NCBI GenBank assembly: GCA_965242965.1
Contig: OZ251518.1
Location: 5,472,001 to 5,536,000 of the forward strand
Length of the DNA stretch: 64,000 nt
Direction: 5' to 3'
Origin: Candidatus Poribacteria bacterium
GTDB taxonomy: Bacteria; Poribacteria; WGA-4E; WGA-3G
In this document: piece by piece, positions 11,158-21,606 of the stretch
Layout of the letters: each line of letters starts with the position of its first letter
Position numbering within the stretch: position 1 is the stretch's first letter
Notes under the pieces: model-generated
Seen by the model: the letters and a program-made list of their open reading frames with translations, nothing else
Databases searched by the model: none
Told to the model about the DNA's origin: nothing
Program-made: the position numbers and the translations under genes

Positions 11158-12006
11158 CTAAAGCCGATAGAACTTCACGGCGTTATCGTGGAACAGGTTT
11201 CTTATCTCCTGCGGTGAGCATCCTGCAACTGCATCCTGCAACGTCTGCACCCAACGCGGATAGGTTGAGGCTTGCGTTGAGACGGGCCAGTCGCTGCCGT
11301 ATATCACCCGCTTGAAACCGAAGCAGGCGATGACATGCTCAATATAGGGCTGAAGGTGCGCCGGGGTCCATGCACCGTGGTCTGCCTCCGTTACCAACCC
11401 TGAGATTTTGCAATGGACGTTGGGGAATTCCGCCAGCGTTTCTATCTCCTGCTGCCACGGCTCAAGCCGTTGATTTTTGATGTCGGGTTTGCCGATATGA
11501 TCCAAGATAAATTGGATTTCGGGGCACTGCTCTACTAGCCGAATCGTATTGGCGAGCTGCGGGTGGAAGATACAGAGATCGAAACTCAATCCGTAGTCAG
11601 CGAGGGTTTTGACACCCCGCACGAAGTCAGGTTGGATGCAGAAATCGACGCTTTCGGATTGGATGAGGCGGCGAATGCCTTTGACGAGTGAATTCTCGGC
11701 GAGTTTCTCGACAAACGGCGCGACGCGCTCGCCTTCTTCCAGCGGTGCCCATGCCACGATGCCTTGAATTCTCGGGTCGGACGCGGCGAGGGAGGTTACC
11801 CACGCTGTTTCCTTCAGTCCGTCATCGGGATGCGTATCGCATTGCACGAAGACCACGGCTTCGACAGGCAGTTCGCCGTGCGCGGCGGTATAATCTGCTA
11901 GCAGATAGGGTTTGTTGAGCAGCGGTACGCTTTCCAGCCAAGGGTACCTGAGCTGCTCTGGGTGCCAAAGATGAACGTGTGTATCAATGATTGTGAGTTT
12001 TTCCAT
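11158..12006 (-). CDS. amidohydrolase family protein (L-fuconolactonase-like)
   Basis: IIDTHVHLW, LDHIGKP, CKISGL and YGSDWPV motifs. Confidence 0.85.
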   Translation of the reverse strand: MEKLTIIDTHVHLWHPEQLRYPWLESVPLLNKPYLLADYTAAHGELPVEAVVFVQCDTHPDDGLKETAWVTSLAASDPRIQGIVAWAPLEEGERVAPFVEKLAENSLVKGIRRLIQSESVDFCIQPDFVRGVKTLADYGLSFDLCIFHPQLANTIRLVEQCPEIQFILDHIGKPDIKNQRLEPWQQEIETLAEFPNVHCKISGLVTEADHGAWTPAHLQPYIEHVIACFGFKRVIYGSDWPVSTQASTYPRWVQTLQDAVAGCSPQEIRNLFHDNAVKFYRL

Positions 12007-12129
12007 CGGGTGCTCCTTATTTGGGGGCTATTTTAGCGGTTTTGCGTTGGATTGTCAAGAAGAAAATTTGACATGGGCAATGATGACATGCTATAATTGT
12101 GAAGCAGGACGCAGAATCCACATTTGGAC

Positions 12130-12831
12130 GAGAGTGTTTCATATCGCGATGCACACCCGTAGGCGCGCCCTCCCGGTCTTGATGTTCCCGTAGCGCGGGG
12201 GCCCTCGGATGCCATACGCGCATCCGAGCGGGTTTCCCCCGCGTTGTCCAGCGTCAAGAGATGGCGTTTTAGGTGCTTTAGCACCTACATGTCTATAGAA
12301 ACACGTGTCGTGCCATTTTCAAGGTCTTTTAAGACCTTAATAAAAAACACGCGCGGCCCTGGCAAAATCTATTAAGGACCTAAAGGACCTTAGGTTCTTC
12401 GCGGCGGCGTGCTATAGACATTAAGGTCCTACGGACCTAAGAGACGTTTTTTTTCGTAGCGCGGGTGCCTGTCCCCCGCGAGCGTTGGATTCCGCGGCAC
12501 GCACGATGGCGAGGGAAACCCGCTCGCATGCGCGTGTGGCATGCGAGGGCCCTCGCCCTACGGTGCGGGGGTGGCGTTTTTTTTCGTAGCGCGGGGGCCT
12601 GTCCCCCGCGATCGCCATCGTCACGATGTGTGTTTCCCCCGCTGTAGTTTGTGCTCGCCCGCTCCCGAACGGATCAGGATCAGGCGATCCTGATCTACAG
12701 GGATGATAAGGTCTGGCAGCAAGACGCATGGCGAGGGCCTGTCCCTCGCCCTACGGTGAGGGGAAGGCGTTTTTTTCATCGTAGCGCGAGGGCCTGTCAC
12801 CACGACGTTGGGCGATTTATGAAACACCCTG
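12130..12831. mobile_element. MITE-like composite element carrying REP clusters (no target duplication visible)
   Basis: GAGAGTGTTTCATA left end and TATGAAACACCCTG right end enclosing several GTAG hairpins. Confidence 0.55.
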
Positions 12832-12867
12832 GGTAAACTATCAAACATTCCTAACAAAGGAGAAAAT

Positions 12868-13668
12868 ATGTCAAAAAGACGAATCGTTCTAGTGGCAGGG
12901 AAGGCGAGCCACGGCGGCGGTGCGCATGAACACCCCGGCGGATGCAACCTCCTCGCCGATCTACTCAATAAAACCGATGCAGATGTTGAATCCGTTGTCT
13001 ATCAAGGTTGGCCAACCGATGCTGCCGCTTTTGATGATACGGCCGCTATCATCGTCTATTCAGATGGCGGCGCGAGGCACCTCTGCATCCCGCACCTCGC
13101 GCAGATTGCTGAACTCGCAGATAAAGGCATCGGCATCGCGATGTTGCACTATGCAGTTGAAGTGCCGAAAGGTGAACCGGGGGACCGCTTCCTCGATTGG
13201 ATCGGCGGCTATTTTGAGACGCACCTCTCTGTCAATCCGTATTGGACAGCGACGTTCACTTTGTTCCCGGAACACCCCACGACGCGCGGGATAGAGCCGT
13301 TTTCGTTAGAGGACGAGTGGTATTATCACATGCGGTTTCGTGAAAATATGCAGGGTGTCACGCCGTTATTGAGTGCCATCGCGCCTGAATCAACGCTGAC
13401 GAGACCGGACGGACCGCACAGCGGTAACCCGCACGTGCGCAAATCGGTTGCCAACGGCGAACCGCAACATCTGGCATGGTGCGTGGAGCGCGCAGATGGC
13501 GGCCGCGGTTTCGGATTTACCGGCGGACACCTGCACAGCAATTGGGCCGATGACCGGCTTCGCAAGTTCATCCTCAATGCCATCGCATGGACAGCGCAGG
13601 TGGAAGTTCCCGAAGGCGGCATTTCCACGCCGACACCAACAGCGGCGGAATTGGAGGGATATTTGTAA
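12868..13668 (+). CDS. ThuA-like domain protein
   Basis: SHGGGAHEH, HPTTRGIEPF..DEWYY and GGRGFGFTGGH motifs; AAGGAG RBS. Confidence 0.8.
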   Translation: MSKRRIVLVAGKASHGGGAHEHPGGCNLLADLLNKTDADVESVVYQGWPTDAAAFDDTAAIIVYSDGGARHLCIPHLAQIAELADKGIGIAMLHYAVEVPKGEPGDRFLDWIGGYFETHLSVNPYWTATFTLFPEHPTTRGIEPFSLEDEWYYHMRFRENMQGVTPLLSAIAPESTLTRPDGPHSGNPHVRKSVANGEPQHLAWCVERADGGRGFGFTGGHLHSNWADDRLRKFILNAIAWTAQVEVPEGGISTPTPTAAELEGYL

Positions 13669-13884
13669 GGGTGGATTTCTACATCCATCCGTCCTGCCCG
13701 GTTACCGTAGTGCGAGGGCCTGTCCCTCGCAAGCTGTCCTACCACTTACCGTAGTGCGAGGGCCTGTCCCTCACAAGCTGTCCTACTACTTTCCGTAGTG
13801 CGAGGGCCTGTCCCTCGCAAGCCGCTGCACGACACGTTTAACGGTGCAGATTTCTATAACTGCCCATTTGACAGGAGCGAAAAC

Positions 13885-14745
13885 ATGAGCCAAGACTTAC
13901 AAGATTATCTCTTCGACCTGCAGGGGTATCTCATTTTACAAAACGCGCTCTCGGAGGAAGACCTCGGGGCGATTAACGGTTGGATCGATGCACACTGGGA
14001 ATACGTAGAAACCCCGTGGGAAACCGGCAATCTTGAAAACAGCCGGATGCCGCGCTGGCTCGGCAATATTGAGACGCACACCTACAATGTCGAAAATGGT
14101 GTGAATTTCCAGAATATCATTGAGGGTGGCGATGTCTTCGAGAAGCTGATCGATCATCCGGCGTGGATTCATCTCGTCCAGAAATACATCCATTCCGAAG
14201 TCAACGGGCTTTCCATCCACGAGAATTTCCTGAATGTGCGCGGCAAAGGCGGTTTCATCCATATCCACTGCGGTGGACATGTCCCGCTGAGTTACCTCAC
14301 TTTCAGGCAGGAAAATACCGGCGAATGGATGGTTGGGCAGATTAACGTGCTGATGGCACTCAACGACATCGGACCCGGGGATGGCCCGCCCGTGCTGGTT
14401 CCGAGCAGCCACAAATGCACGGAGATCCACCCACGTTTGGAACAAGATGGCAAGGGTTTGGTTTACGATGGCATCACCGGGAAACCGGCGGGCACCGCCG
14501 TCGCGACGAAGGAGATTTATCTGAAGGCAGGTGATGTGGTAATGTTTACGGATGCGATTACGCACGGTTCGGCGGAACGCACTAATCCGGGGTATCGCCG
14601 TTCGATCGTCTACCGTTATTCGCCGAGGTATGTCCGCGAGCGTTTTGACTATCCGCATTCGGCGGAGTTATTGGCCCGGTTGACACCGGCGCAGCGTAAG
14701 ATTATCCAACCGATGTCGCCGCGTCGGCCGCCGGAGGTTAGGTAA
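13885..14745 (+). CDS. phytanoyl-CoA dioxygenase (PhyH) family protein
   Basis: YLFDLQGYLIL, LVPSSHK and KAGDVVMFTDAITHGS motifs. Start moved to the ATG after AGGAG because the longer ORF begins in a REP. Confidence 0.8.
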   Translation: MSQDLQDYLFDLQGYLILQNALSEEDLGAINGWIDAHWEYVETPWETGNLENSRMPRWLGNIETHTYNVENGVNFQNIIEGGDVFEKLIDHPAWIHLVQKYIHSEVNGLSIHENFLNVRGKGGFIHIHCGGHVPLSYLTFRQENTGEWMVGQINVLMALNDIGPGDGPPVLVPSSHKCTEIHPRLEQDGKGLVYDGITGKPAGTAVATKEIYLKAGDVVMFTDAITHGSAERTNPGYRRSIVYRYSPRYVRERFDYPHSAELLARLTPAQRKIIQPMSPRRPPEVR

Positions 14746-16236
14746 TTGTCACCACAGAAAACCCTCTGGGGCGGCCGATTCAGCACCAGCCTCACTACCG
14801 AAACCGTCGCCTTCACCCAGTCCGTTGCGGCAGACACGCGCCTGATCGGATACGACATCTGGGGCAGCCAAGCGCATGCGATTATGCTCGCACGGCAAGG
14901 TATCATCGCGGAAGAGGACTTGCGCGAGATTTTGCGCTGGCTGCAAAAGGCAGAAGAGGATTTCAAAAACGGCACGCTGACGCTTGAGCCGAGTAAAGAA
15001 GACGTGCACATGAACGTTGAATCGTATCTTATTGAGAACGCGGGACGCGAATTCGGCGGAAAACTCCACACCGCACGTTCTCGGAATGACCAGGTGCTTG
15101 TTGACGCGCGCCTCTACATTCGGGAAGAAATCCTCAACGTCCAGCGCGGCCTCTCCGCACTTTGCGATGCGTTCCTTAAGATTGCTGAGGAGCATACCGA
15201 AACCGTGATGCCCGGCTATACGCATACGCAACATGCGCAGCCGATTAGCCTCGGTTTTTGGGCGAGTGCCTACGTGAGCATGTTCCTCCGGGACCAGAAG
15301 CGGTTGCATTCCGCCTACGCGCTTGCCAATACAAACCCACTCGGTGCGTGCGCCTTGGCAGGCACGACTTTTCCCATCGACCGGCACCTCACAACAAAGC
15401 TGCTTGGTTTTGACGCGCCGCATGAACACGCTCTTGACGTTATCAGCAGTCGTGATTTCATCGCGGAGACACTCTTCGCGCTGTCGTTAGTCATGGCAAA
15501 CCTTTCGCGAATTAGCGAAGAGATTGTCTATTGGACGACGTATGAATTCGGGATGGCGGTGCTTGACGATGCCTATAGTTTCGGGAGTTCCATCATGCCG
15601 CAGAAAAAGAATCCTGACATCGCGGAGCTCACGCGAGGCCGTACCGGGCGTGTTTACGGGGCCCTGTTCGATCTCCTGACAAATCTCAAGGGGTTGCCGA
15701 TGGGTTACAACCGAGATTTTCAGGAGGACAAGCCGCCCTTGTGGGAGGCGTTTGACATCGTCAAGGCGTGCCTCGGAGTGCTACCGGAACTGCTTGGGAC
15801 GACAGATTTCCGCGAAGAACGGATGGCAGAATTGGCGAACGCCAACTTTGCAACGGCGACAGAATTGGCGAATTATCTCGTCACGGAACACGACATCAGT
15901 TTCCGAGAATGCCACGAGATTGTCGGATGGCTCGTCGGGGAATTGGTGAAGCAAGACAAGACGTTCGCTGACTGGGAAGCAACGCAGTGCCTGCTGAAGG
16001 AAAAAGGCATTGAGATTCCGATTGCGCAACTGCAACAGATTCTGGATGCGGCGTTGGCAATCCGCAACAACCGAAGCCTCGGCGGCACGTCTCCCGATGA
16101 AGTGTATCGGATGTGCGAGGTGTTTGAAGAGCAGTTGAACGAAATCGCGTTGCAAATCTACACTCGTCAAACGCAGATTGACGATGCCCACCGCGAGACG
16201 CTGCGAACGGTTGAAGAGGTTCTGAAGCAGGATTAA
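14746..16236 (+). CDS. argH: argininosuccinate lyase
   Basis: LWGGRF, KLHTARSRNDQV, GSSIMPQKKNPD and YNRDFQEDK motifs. Confidence 0.95.
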   Translation: MSPQKTLWGGRFSTSLTTETVAFTQSVAADTRLIGYDIWGSQAHAIMLARQGIIAEEDLREILRWLQKAEEDFKNGTLTLEPSKEDVHMNVESYLIENAGREFGGKLHTARSRNDQVLVDARLYIREEILNVQRGLSALCDAFLKIAEEHTETVMPGYTHTQHAQPISLGFWASAYVSMFLRDQKRLHSAYALANTNPLGACALAGTTFPIDRHLTTKLLGFDAPHEHALDVISSRDFIAETLFALSLVMANLSRISEEIVYWTTYEFGMAVLDDAYSFGSSIMPQKKNPDIAELTRGRTGRVYGALFDLLTNLKGLPMGYNRDFQEDKPPLWEAFDIVKACLGVLPELLGTTDFREERMAELANANFATATELANYLVTEHDISFRECHEIVGWLVGELVKQDKTFADWEATQCLLKEKGIEIPIAQLQQILDAALAIRNNRSLGGTSPDEVYRMCEVFEEQLNEIALQIYTRQTQIDDAHRETLRTVEEVLKQD

Positions 16237-16853
16237 CAGGATTTGCAAGATTTCCAACTAGTCTCGATGCCTCCCAGTAGGAGAGACCTCCTGGTCTCGA
16301 TTTTTCCCGGTAGGAGAGACCTCCCGGTCTCGATGCATTCGGGGGTTCCCGTAGTGCGAGGGCCTGTCCCTCGCCGAGCCAAAATTCTCCTTTCACCGTA
16401 TCGCGGTGGGAAAACCTGTCCCTCGCGATTCCTTCTGTCTGGAGCAGGATTTGCAAGATATGAGCAGGATTTGCAAGATTTTCAAGATTAGCAGGATTAG
16501 GGGTTTTTATCGCGCCGAAATGTCTCTTTAGGTCTGTTAAGTCCTGCATGTCTGTAGCACAATCGGACATCAGCAGTCCTAAGGTCCGTTAGGACCTTAA
16601 TCCGAAGCCGCATGGTTGTTTGACGAAAGCGGCTTGCGTTCCCTATTGTCTGAATCAGGATTTACAGGATTAGAGGATTTCCAAGATTAGGGAATCTGTG
16701 CAGTCAATATCCTTTGGAATTCTGTCTGCATTTCCGATATGCCGCGCTGACGAAAAATGCCTTTAGGTCCGTAGGACCTTAATGTCTATAGAAAAACAGA
16801 CCGCGAAGAATTCTAAGGTCCGGAAGCCCTTAATGTGGAGATGCATTTTTCCC

Positions 16854-16882
16854 TTGACAAACGGGATTTTATCTGCTATAAT
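16854..16882 (+). promoter_or_regulatory. consensus sigma70 promoter with extended -10
   Basis: TTGACA, 17 nt, (TGC)TATAAT upstream of the 17023 gene. Confidence 0.75.
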
Positions 16883-17022
16883 TTTTGTTACGAAATATGC
16901 ATGAATGCCCAATTAGCCGGAGACATACGGTTTTCGGTTTTCGTGCTGCTTCTACTCTCGTTCTCCCGCGGAGGGAGAGGGGACTTACGACATTAATTGG
17001 GTAATTCAAAGGAGATTAAATT

Positions 17023-18720
17023 GTGAATTTAGATAAGGAACGGGAGCGGTTATCACAAGCGGCTAACTTGGAGTGGCTTCGACGCGACTGGAAAATGTCT
17101 GAGATGATTACCGTAGACCTGTCACATGAACATCCTTTGCAAGGACATTTCATCCATCAGTGTGCTCTGATTCCACAAGATTTGGTTGGCCTAGAATTTT
17201 CCAAAGCAACTTTGGAAGAGACACGTTTGTATAATGGTGGGGTTCCCGCAGCTTTTTCCCCTACATGGGGCAGTGAAGGACAGGTGGAATACTTCCGTTA
17301 TGGAGTTGAAAACGGTGTTGAACCTCTGATTATTAGGCGTTATTTCCATGGACTCCGAGAGGGCTACAAGGAGATATCGGAGGAGTTCCGCCACTTCCAC
17401 CGGCTCTATCACGATAGGAAAACGGATAAGTACATCAAAATTGATGATGCTGGAAATGAAGAGGTAGTGGCTGTTGTTCAGCCCAACCAGATTGATATCC
17501 GGCTTAAGGAGATTCGCCAGTTTTTAGCTGTCAAACAGATGTTCCTATCAATTTGTTTTGAGTTTACTGAGTACTCGGAACACTCGCTGGAAGATCTTGG
17601 AATTGACTCAGATTCGGGGAGCGATCTCCAGCGCGATAACGATAGGCTTCTGTGTTGGACGCATTACTATGGGGACTACAGTTATGCATCCCGCAAATCG
17701 TTTAGCAGGTTGATGGGAAAACGGCTCATCAAACCGCTCCCAAAGTCCAAGAGCGGATTCGGGGATTTTGCGGAGCAAGGTAGGGAGTATGTCGAGTTCA
17801 TCTTTGACGTTGACGAAAATGGAGATGGAATTTGTCATACGTGCGACCCAGATAAACTGGATTTTCCTAAGAGAAATCCAGATGCTCCTTTCCATCTGAT
17901 TCCTATCCACTTTTCCAAGAAGGTTTTAGATAAGTATTACAACGAACCCGGCAAATATACGGTGCGGGATTCTGAGGTGAGTTGTGGTTCGCTGTGGTAT
18001 GTGAAAATCGACAACCATGCCCCGGACAAAGTCTGCGTGATGTTCCGTGATCTGTGCTATCTGCCTTACACGGAGCAACTCCATTGGCGGGTGCACAACG
18101 TTCTGCCGGAAGGCGGGGTGAGTGAAACGTTCTATGGGCGCAACATTGATGGGCTGTGGATGAATTCAGATCAGCCGGATCTCTTGTTCAAACAACATTA
18201 TGAACTCTTGCAAAGGACTTGTGACGAATGTCTGGGGTGGCAATTGTTGAAGCCCCTCGGTCCTGGAGACGAGTACCGCCTCAAGCGCATAAGGGTTCCT
18301 GCCGTTGACGAGGAATCCGATTTTAAAGATTTGGTATCAGATCTCACAAGCGTATTAATCGACAAATCGCTCAACGAAAAACGCTTGAAGGATTTGATTC
18401 CGGTTGCCGAGCGAAAGAAGGGTGAAAGGAGCATCAGCCTCCTTGAATCGGCTTTCAAGTGCCGCGGTGTCGCCGGAAGTGAGAAGCATATTCGCTTCCT
18501 CCGTTCTCTTTGGGATTTGCGGACGACTCGCAGTAGTGCGCATCCTGAAATCCTAGAGGACCCAAGGTATGAAAAAGCCGCTAAGCATTTTGAGCTTGAT
18601 AATCTGAATTGCAGCGCGGCGTTCTCCAAAATTCTTGAGCAGGCTGTGGCATTTCTTGAATTCCTCACCGGTGTCGTGCGTAGCGGCAAACTCGGCGATA
18701 AAAACGGTGGCGATAGTTGA
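17023..18720 (+). CDS. hypothetical protein with a C-terminal HEPN-like Rx6H motif
   Basis: 565-aa ORF with AAGGAG RBS, visibly more AT-rich than its neighbours; LWDLRTTRSSAH in a helical C-terminal region. Confidence 0.6.
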   Translation: MNLDKERERLSQAANLEWLRRDWKMSEMITVDLSHEHPLQGHFIHQCALIPQDLVGLEFSKATLEETRLYNGGVPAAFSPTWGSEGQVEYFRYGVENGVEPLIIRRYFHGLREGYKEISEEFRHFHRLYHDRKTDKYIKIDDAGNEEVVAVVQPNQIDIRLKEIRQFLAVKQMFLSICFEFTEYSEHSLEDLGIDSDSGSDLQRDNDRLLCWTHYYGDYSYASRKSFSRLMGKRLIKPLPKSKSGFGDFAEQGREYVEFIFDVDENGDGICHTCDPDKLDFPKRNPDAPFHLIPIHFSKKVLDKYYNEPGKYTVRDSEVSCGSLWYVKIDNHAPDKVCVMFRDLCYLPYTEQLHWRVHNVLPEGGVSETFYGRNIDGLWMNSDQPDLLFKQHYELLQRTCDECLGWQLLKPLGPGDEYRLKRIRVPAVDEESDFKDLVSDLTSVLIDKSLNEKRLKDLIPVAERKKGERSISLLESAFKCRGVAGSEKHIRFLRSLWDLRTTRSSAHPEILEDPRYEKAAKHFELDNLNCSAAFSKILEQAVAFLEFLTGVVRSGKLGDKNGGDS

Positions 18721-19254
18721 CCTGCACTTCGGTGCAACGGGCGGAGAGAGACATCCGCCCTTAACACCGAAAAAGAAACCCACACATCAACGAGAAACCC
18801 TAATCCTGAAAATCCTCTAATCTTGCAAATCCGCGATTCAGACAATAGGGGAATACGCCGCTTGCAACCATGCCCATGCGCTTAACATTAAAGTGAGGGG
18901 GTTTCATAAATCGCTCAACGTCGCGGTGACATGCCCCCGCGCTACGATGAAAAAGAACCTCTTGTAAATCCGCGATTCAAACAAAAACTTTGACGAAAAG
19001 CACCAAATTTGCTACAATAGCGTTGTTTGCCGAGATAACCGATGAACAAGATGAACAGGTTAGTTACCGTAGGGCGAGGGCCTTTCCCTCGCTGGGCGGC
19101 GGTATTAACAGAAAACGTCCAGCTGTCCCCGTTCACCGTAGGGCGAGGGCCTTTCCCTCTCCTTGCATCGAAATCCGAATGAGGGCGGATGTCCGTATCC
19201 ACCCTCTTCAGTGGGAGAGACCTCCCGGTCCCGATACACAAAAGGAGAAATTGA

Positions 19255-20916
19255 ATGAAAAGATTAACGCTTTTAACTTTGACCTTGGTGTTAACTGCCT
19301 TGGCGCAGTTGAGCACGCCGCCCGTGCAAGCAGAGGTTTCTATTCCGGATGCCGAGTTAGCGGCGGTTATCCGCGAAACCCTGGAGCTGCCAGCAGGCGC
19401 AGCAATCACGGTGGATGCGATGCGCAATTTAACGGAGCTTAAGACAAGCCTCCTTGGGATAGCAGACCTCACCGGGCTGGAGCATGCAGTCAACTTGGAG
19501 GTGCTGGATCTCTGGGGCACCGGTGTATCGGATGTGTCTGCGCTGGAAAACCTGACAAACTTGGAGTGGCTGTATCTCGGCTGGACCGCCGTTTCGGATG
19601 TGTCTGCGCTGGAAAACCTGACAAACTTGGAGTGGCTGCGTCTCGGCGACACCGCCGTTTCGGATGTGTCTGCGCTGGAAAACCTGACAAACTTGGTGGA
19701 GCTGGCTCTCAGCGGCACCGCCGTTTCGGATGTGTCTGCGCTGGAAAACCTGACAAACTTGGAGGTGCTGTGGCTCAGCTTCACCGATGTCTCGGATGTG
19801 TCGCCCTTGCTAGGGTTGAGTCTGCCCGGAGATTGGACCGGCAAAGGGCTGACTCTCTGGGACTGCCTGCTAAGTTACGCCTCTATCCACACGCATATTC
19901 CTGCCTTGCAGGCGAAGGGGATAGAGGTGGGATTCGACAACGTCGCGCATCCTGCTTTGTTGAAAGTCTCTGGGGATGGGCAAGAGGGCGCGGGTGCAAC
20001 AGCGTTGCCAAATCCTTTTGTCGTGGAGGCGATGGATGAGCACGGTGAGCCGATAGTCGGCAGGATAGTCGAATTTGATATCCTTGGCGGCGGTGGGAGT
20101 CTCAGTGCTGAAACGGTGGAGACAGATGCGCAAGGGAACGCGCGGGTAACTCTCACGCTTGGTAGTTCTCAAGGCGTAAATAAGGTCAGGGCATCTTCGG
20201 AGGGGATTCGGTCTTGGGTGTTGTTTACTGCTGTTGGGACAGGAGATGCACCGCCACGCGTTGCGGATATGAATGGGGATGGTGTCGTCAACATTCAGGA
20301 TTTGGTGCTGGTTGCCGGTCAGTTCGGGAAAACGGGTGAGCACGGTGCGGATGTGAATGGGGATGGTGTTGTTAATATTCAGGATCTGGTGTTGGTTGCG
20401 GGTGCGTTTGGGGAAGACGCGGCTGCGCCGTCGGCGGGCGCGGTTTCGCGGGCGCGTTTGACGGTATCGGATGTGGAGGAATGGCTAATTGAAGCGCGGG
20501 CATCGATTCGTTCCGGCTCGGGCGATCCCGAACTACAGATAGGGAGTGCATCGGGACCGGGAGGTCTATCCCACCGGCGTGGGATTGCGGTGTTGGAGCA
20601 GCTCCTCGCCAGCCTCATGCCAAAGGAGACGGCACTGCTTGCCAATTATCCGAATCCGTTCAATCCGGAGACGTGGATACCGTATGAATTAGCAAAGACT
20701 GCCGAAGTCACGGTCTCCCTCCATGCGTCGGATGGGAAACTCGTCCGCACGCTAACGTTAGGGCAAATGCCTGCCGGTGTGTATCAAGGGAAAAACCGTG
20801 CGGCGTATTGGGATGGCCGGAATGCGCAGGGTGAGCCTGTTGCAAGTGGCGTGTATTTCTACACGTTGCAGGCAGGAGAGTTTTCTGCGACGCGGAAGAT
20901 GGTGATTCGGAAGTAA
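19255..20916 (+). CDS. secreted internalin-like LRR protein with Ig-like, dockerin-like and FlgD-Ig/T9SS-like C-terminal domains
   Basis: Signal peptide; 22-aa LRRs; TDAQGNARVTLTLG; two DxNGDGVVNIQDLVLVA repeats; NYPNPFNPETWIPY...WDGRN..GE.VASGVYFY. Confidence 0.85.
   Translation: MKRLTLLTLTLVLTALAQLSTPPVQAEVSIPDAELAAVIRETLELPAGAAITVDAMRNLTELKTSLLGIADLTGLEHAVNLEVLDLWGTGVSDVSALENLTNLEWLYLGWTAVSDVSALENLTNLEWLRLGDTAVSDVSALENLTNLVELALSGTAVSDVSALENLTNLEVLWLSFTDVSDVSPLLGLSLPGDWTGKGLTLWDCLLSYASIHTHIPALQAKGIEVGFDNVAHPALLKVSGDGQEGAGATALPNPFVVEAMDEHGEPIVGRIVEFDILGGGGSLSAETVETDAQGNARVTLTLGSSQGVNKVRASSEGIRSWVLFTAVGTGDAPPRVADMNGDGVVNIQDLVLVAGQFGKTGEHGADVNGDGVVNIQDLVLVAGAFGEDAAAPSAGAVSRARLTVSDVEEWLIEARASIRSGSGDPELQIGSASGPGGLSHRRGIAVLEQLLASLMPKETALLANYPNPFNPETWIPYELAKTAEVTVSLHASDGKLVRTLTLGQMPAGVYQGKNRAAYWDGRNAQGEPVASGVYFYTLQAGEFSATRKMVIRK
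19489..19801 (+). repeat. 66-bp coding tandem repeats (LRR units)
   Basis: TCGGATGTGTCTGCGCTGGAAAACCTGACAAACTTGG occurs four times at 66-bp period. Confidence 0.9.
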
Positions 20917-20935
20917 AAAACCGTTCCCGTTCACC

Positions 20936-21465
20936 GTAGGGCGAGGGCCTGTCCCTCGCCGTGCGTCGGTCGTGACAGCAAACATCCGTGGTCTCTCGGT
21001 TGCGGGCGTTTTCTGCCTAGGTCGGTAGATAGCGAGGGACAGGTAATTTGCCTCGTCTCTGTAGGTCCAGATCGCCCGATCTTGACCCGTTCGGGATCAG
21101 GATCCCGAACTACAGTCACTGGGGCACGCGGGCGATCGCGGGGGACAGGCCCCCGCGCTACGGGAAGAAATAGGCAATCGCCGCCTCGCACGTAGGGCGA
21201 GGGCCTGTCCCTCGCCGTGCGTCGGTCGTGACAGCAAACATCCGTGGTCTCTCGGTTGCGGGCGTTTTTCGCAGCGGTTGAGAGATCGCGGGGGACAGGC
21301 CCCCGCGCTACGGTAAGAAATAGGCAATCGCCACATGGCACGTAGGGCGAGGGCCTGTCCCTCGCCATGCCCCGGTCGTGACAGCAAACGGCCGTGGTCT
21401 CTGGGTTGTGGACCTTTTCCGCAGGGGTTGAGAGATCGCGGGGGACAGGCCCCCGCGCTACGGTA
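20936..21465. repeat. tandem REP-doublet (REPIN-like) cluster, three related units
   Basis: GTAGGGCGAGGGCCTGTCCCTCGCC...GGTCGTGACAGCAAAC...CGCGGGGGACAGGCCCCCGCGCTAC units repeated. Confidence 0.85.
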
Positions 21466-21606
21466 AGAAAGATGATTTGCCTCGCCAAGAGGTTCCTAAT
21501 CTTGTAAATCTTGTAAATCCTGCTAATCCTGCTTCAGACAATTAAGAGCGCGGAGGACAGGTCCCCGTGCTACGAACTACGAAGGTCCAAGCCAAATAGC
21601 GGGCGA

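Noticed and set aside
20931-21488. Second CRISPR array or a repeat-protein ORF
   Set aside because: Units are REP doublets with homologous, not unique, interiors; the ARGPVPR peptides are REP translations.
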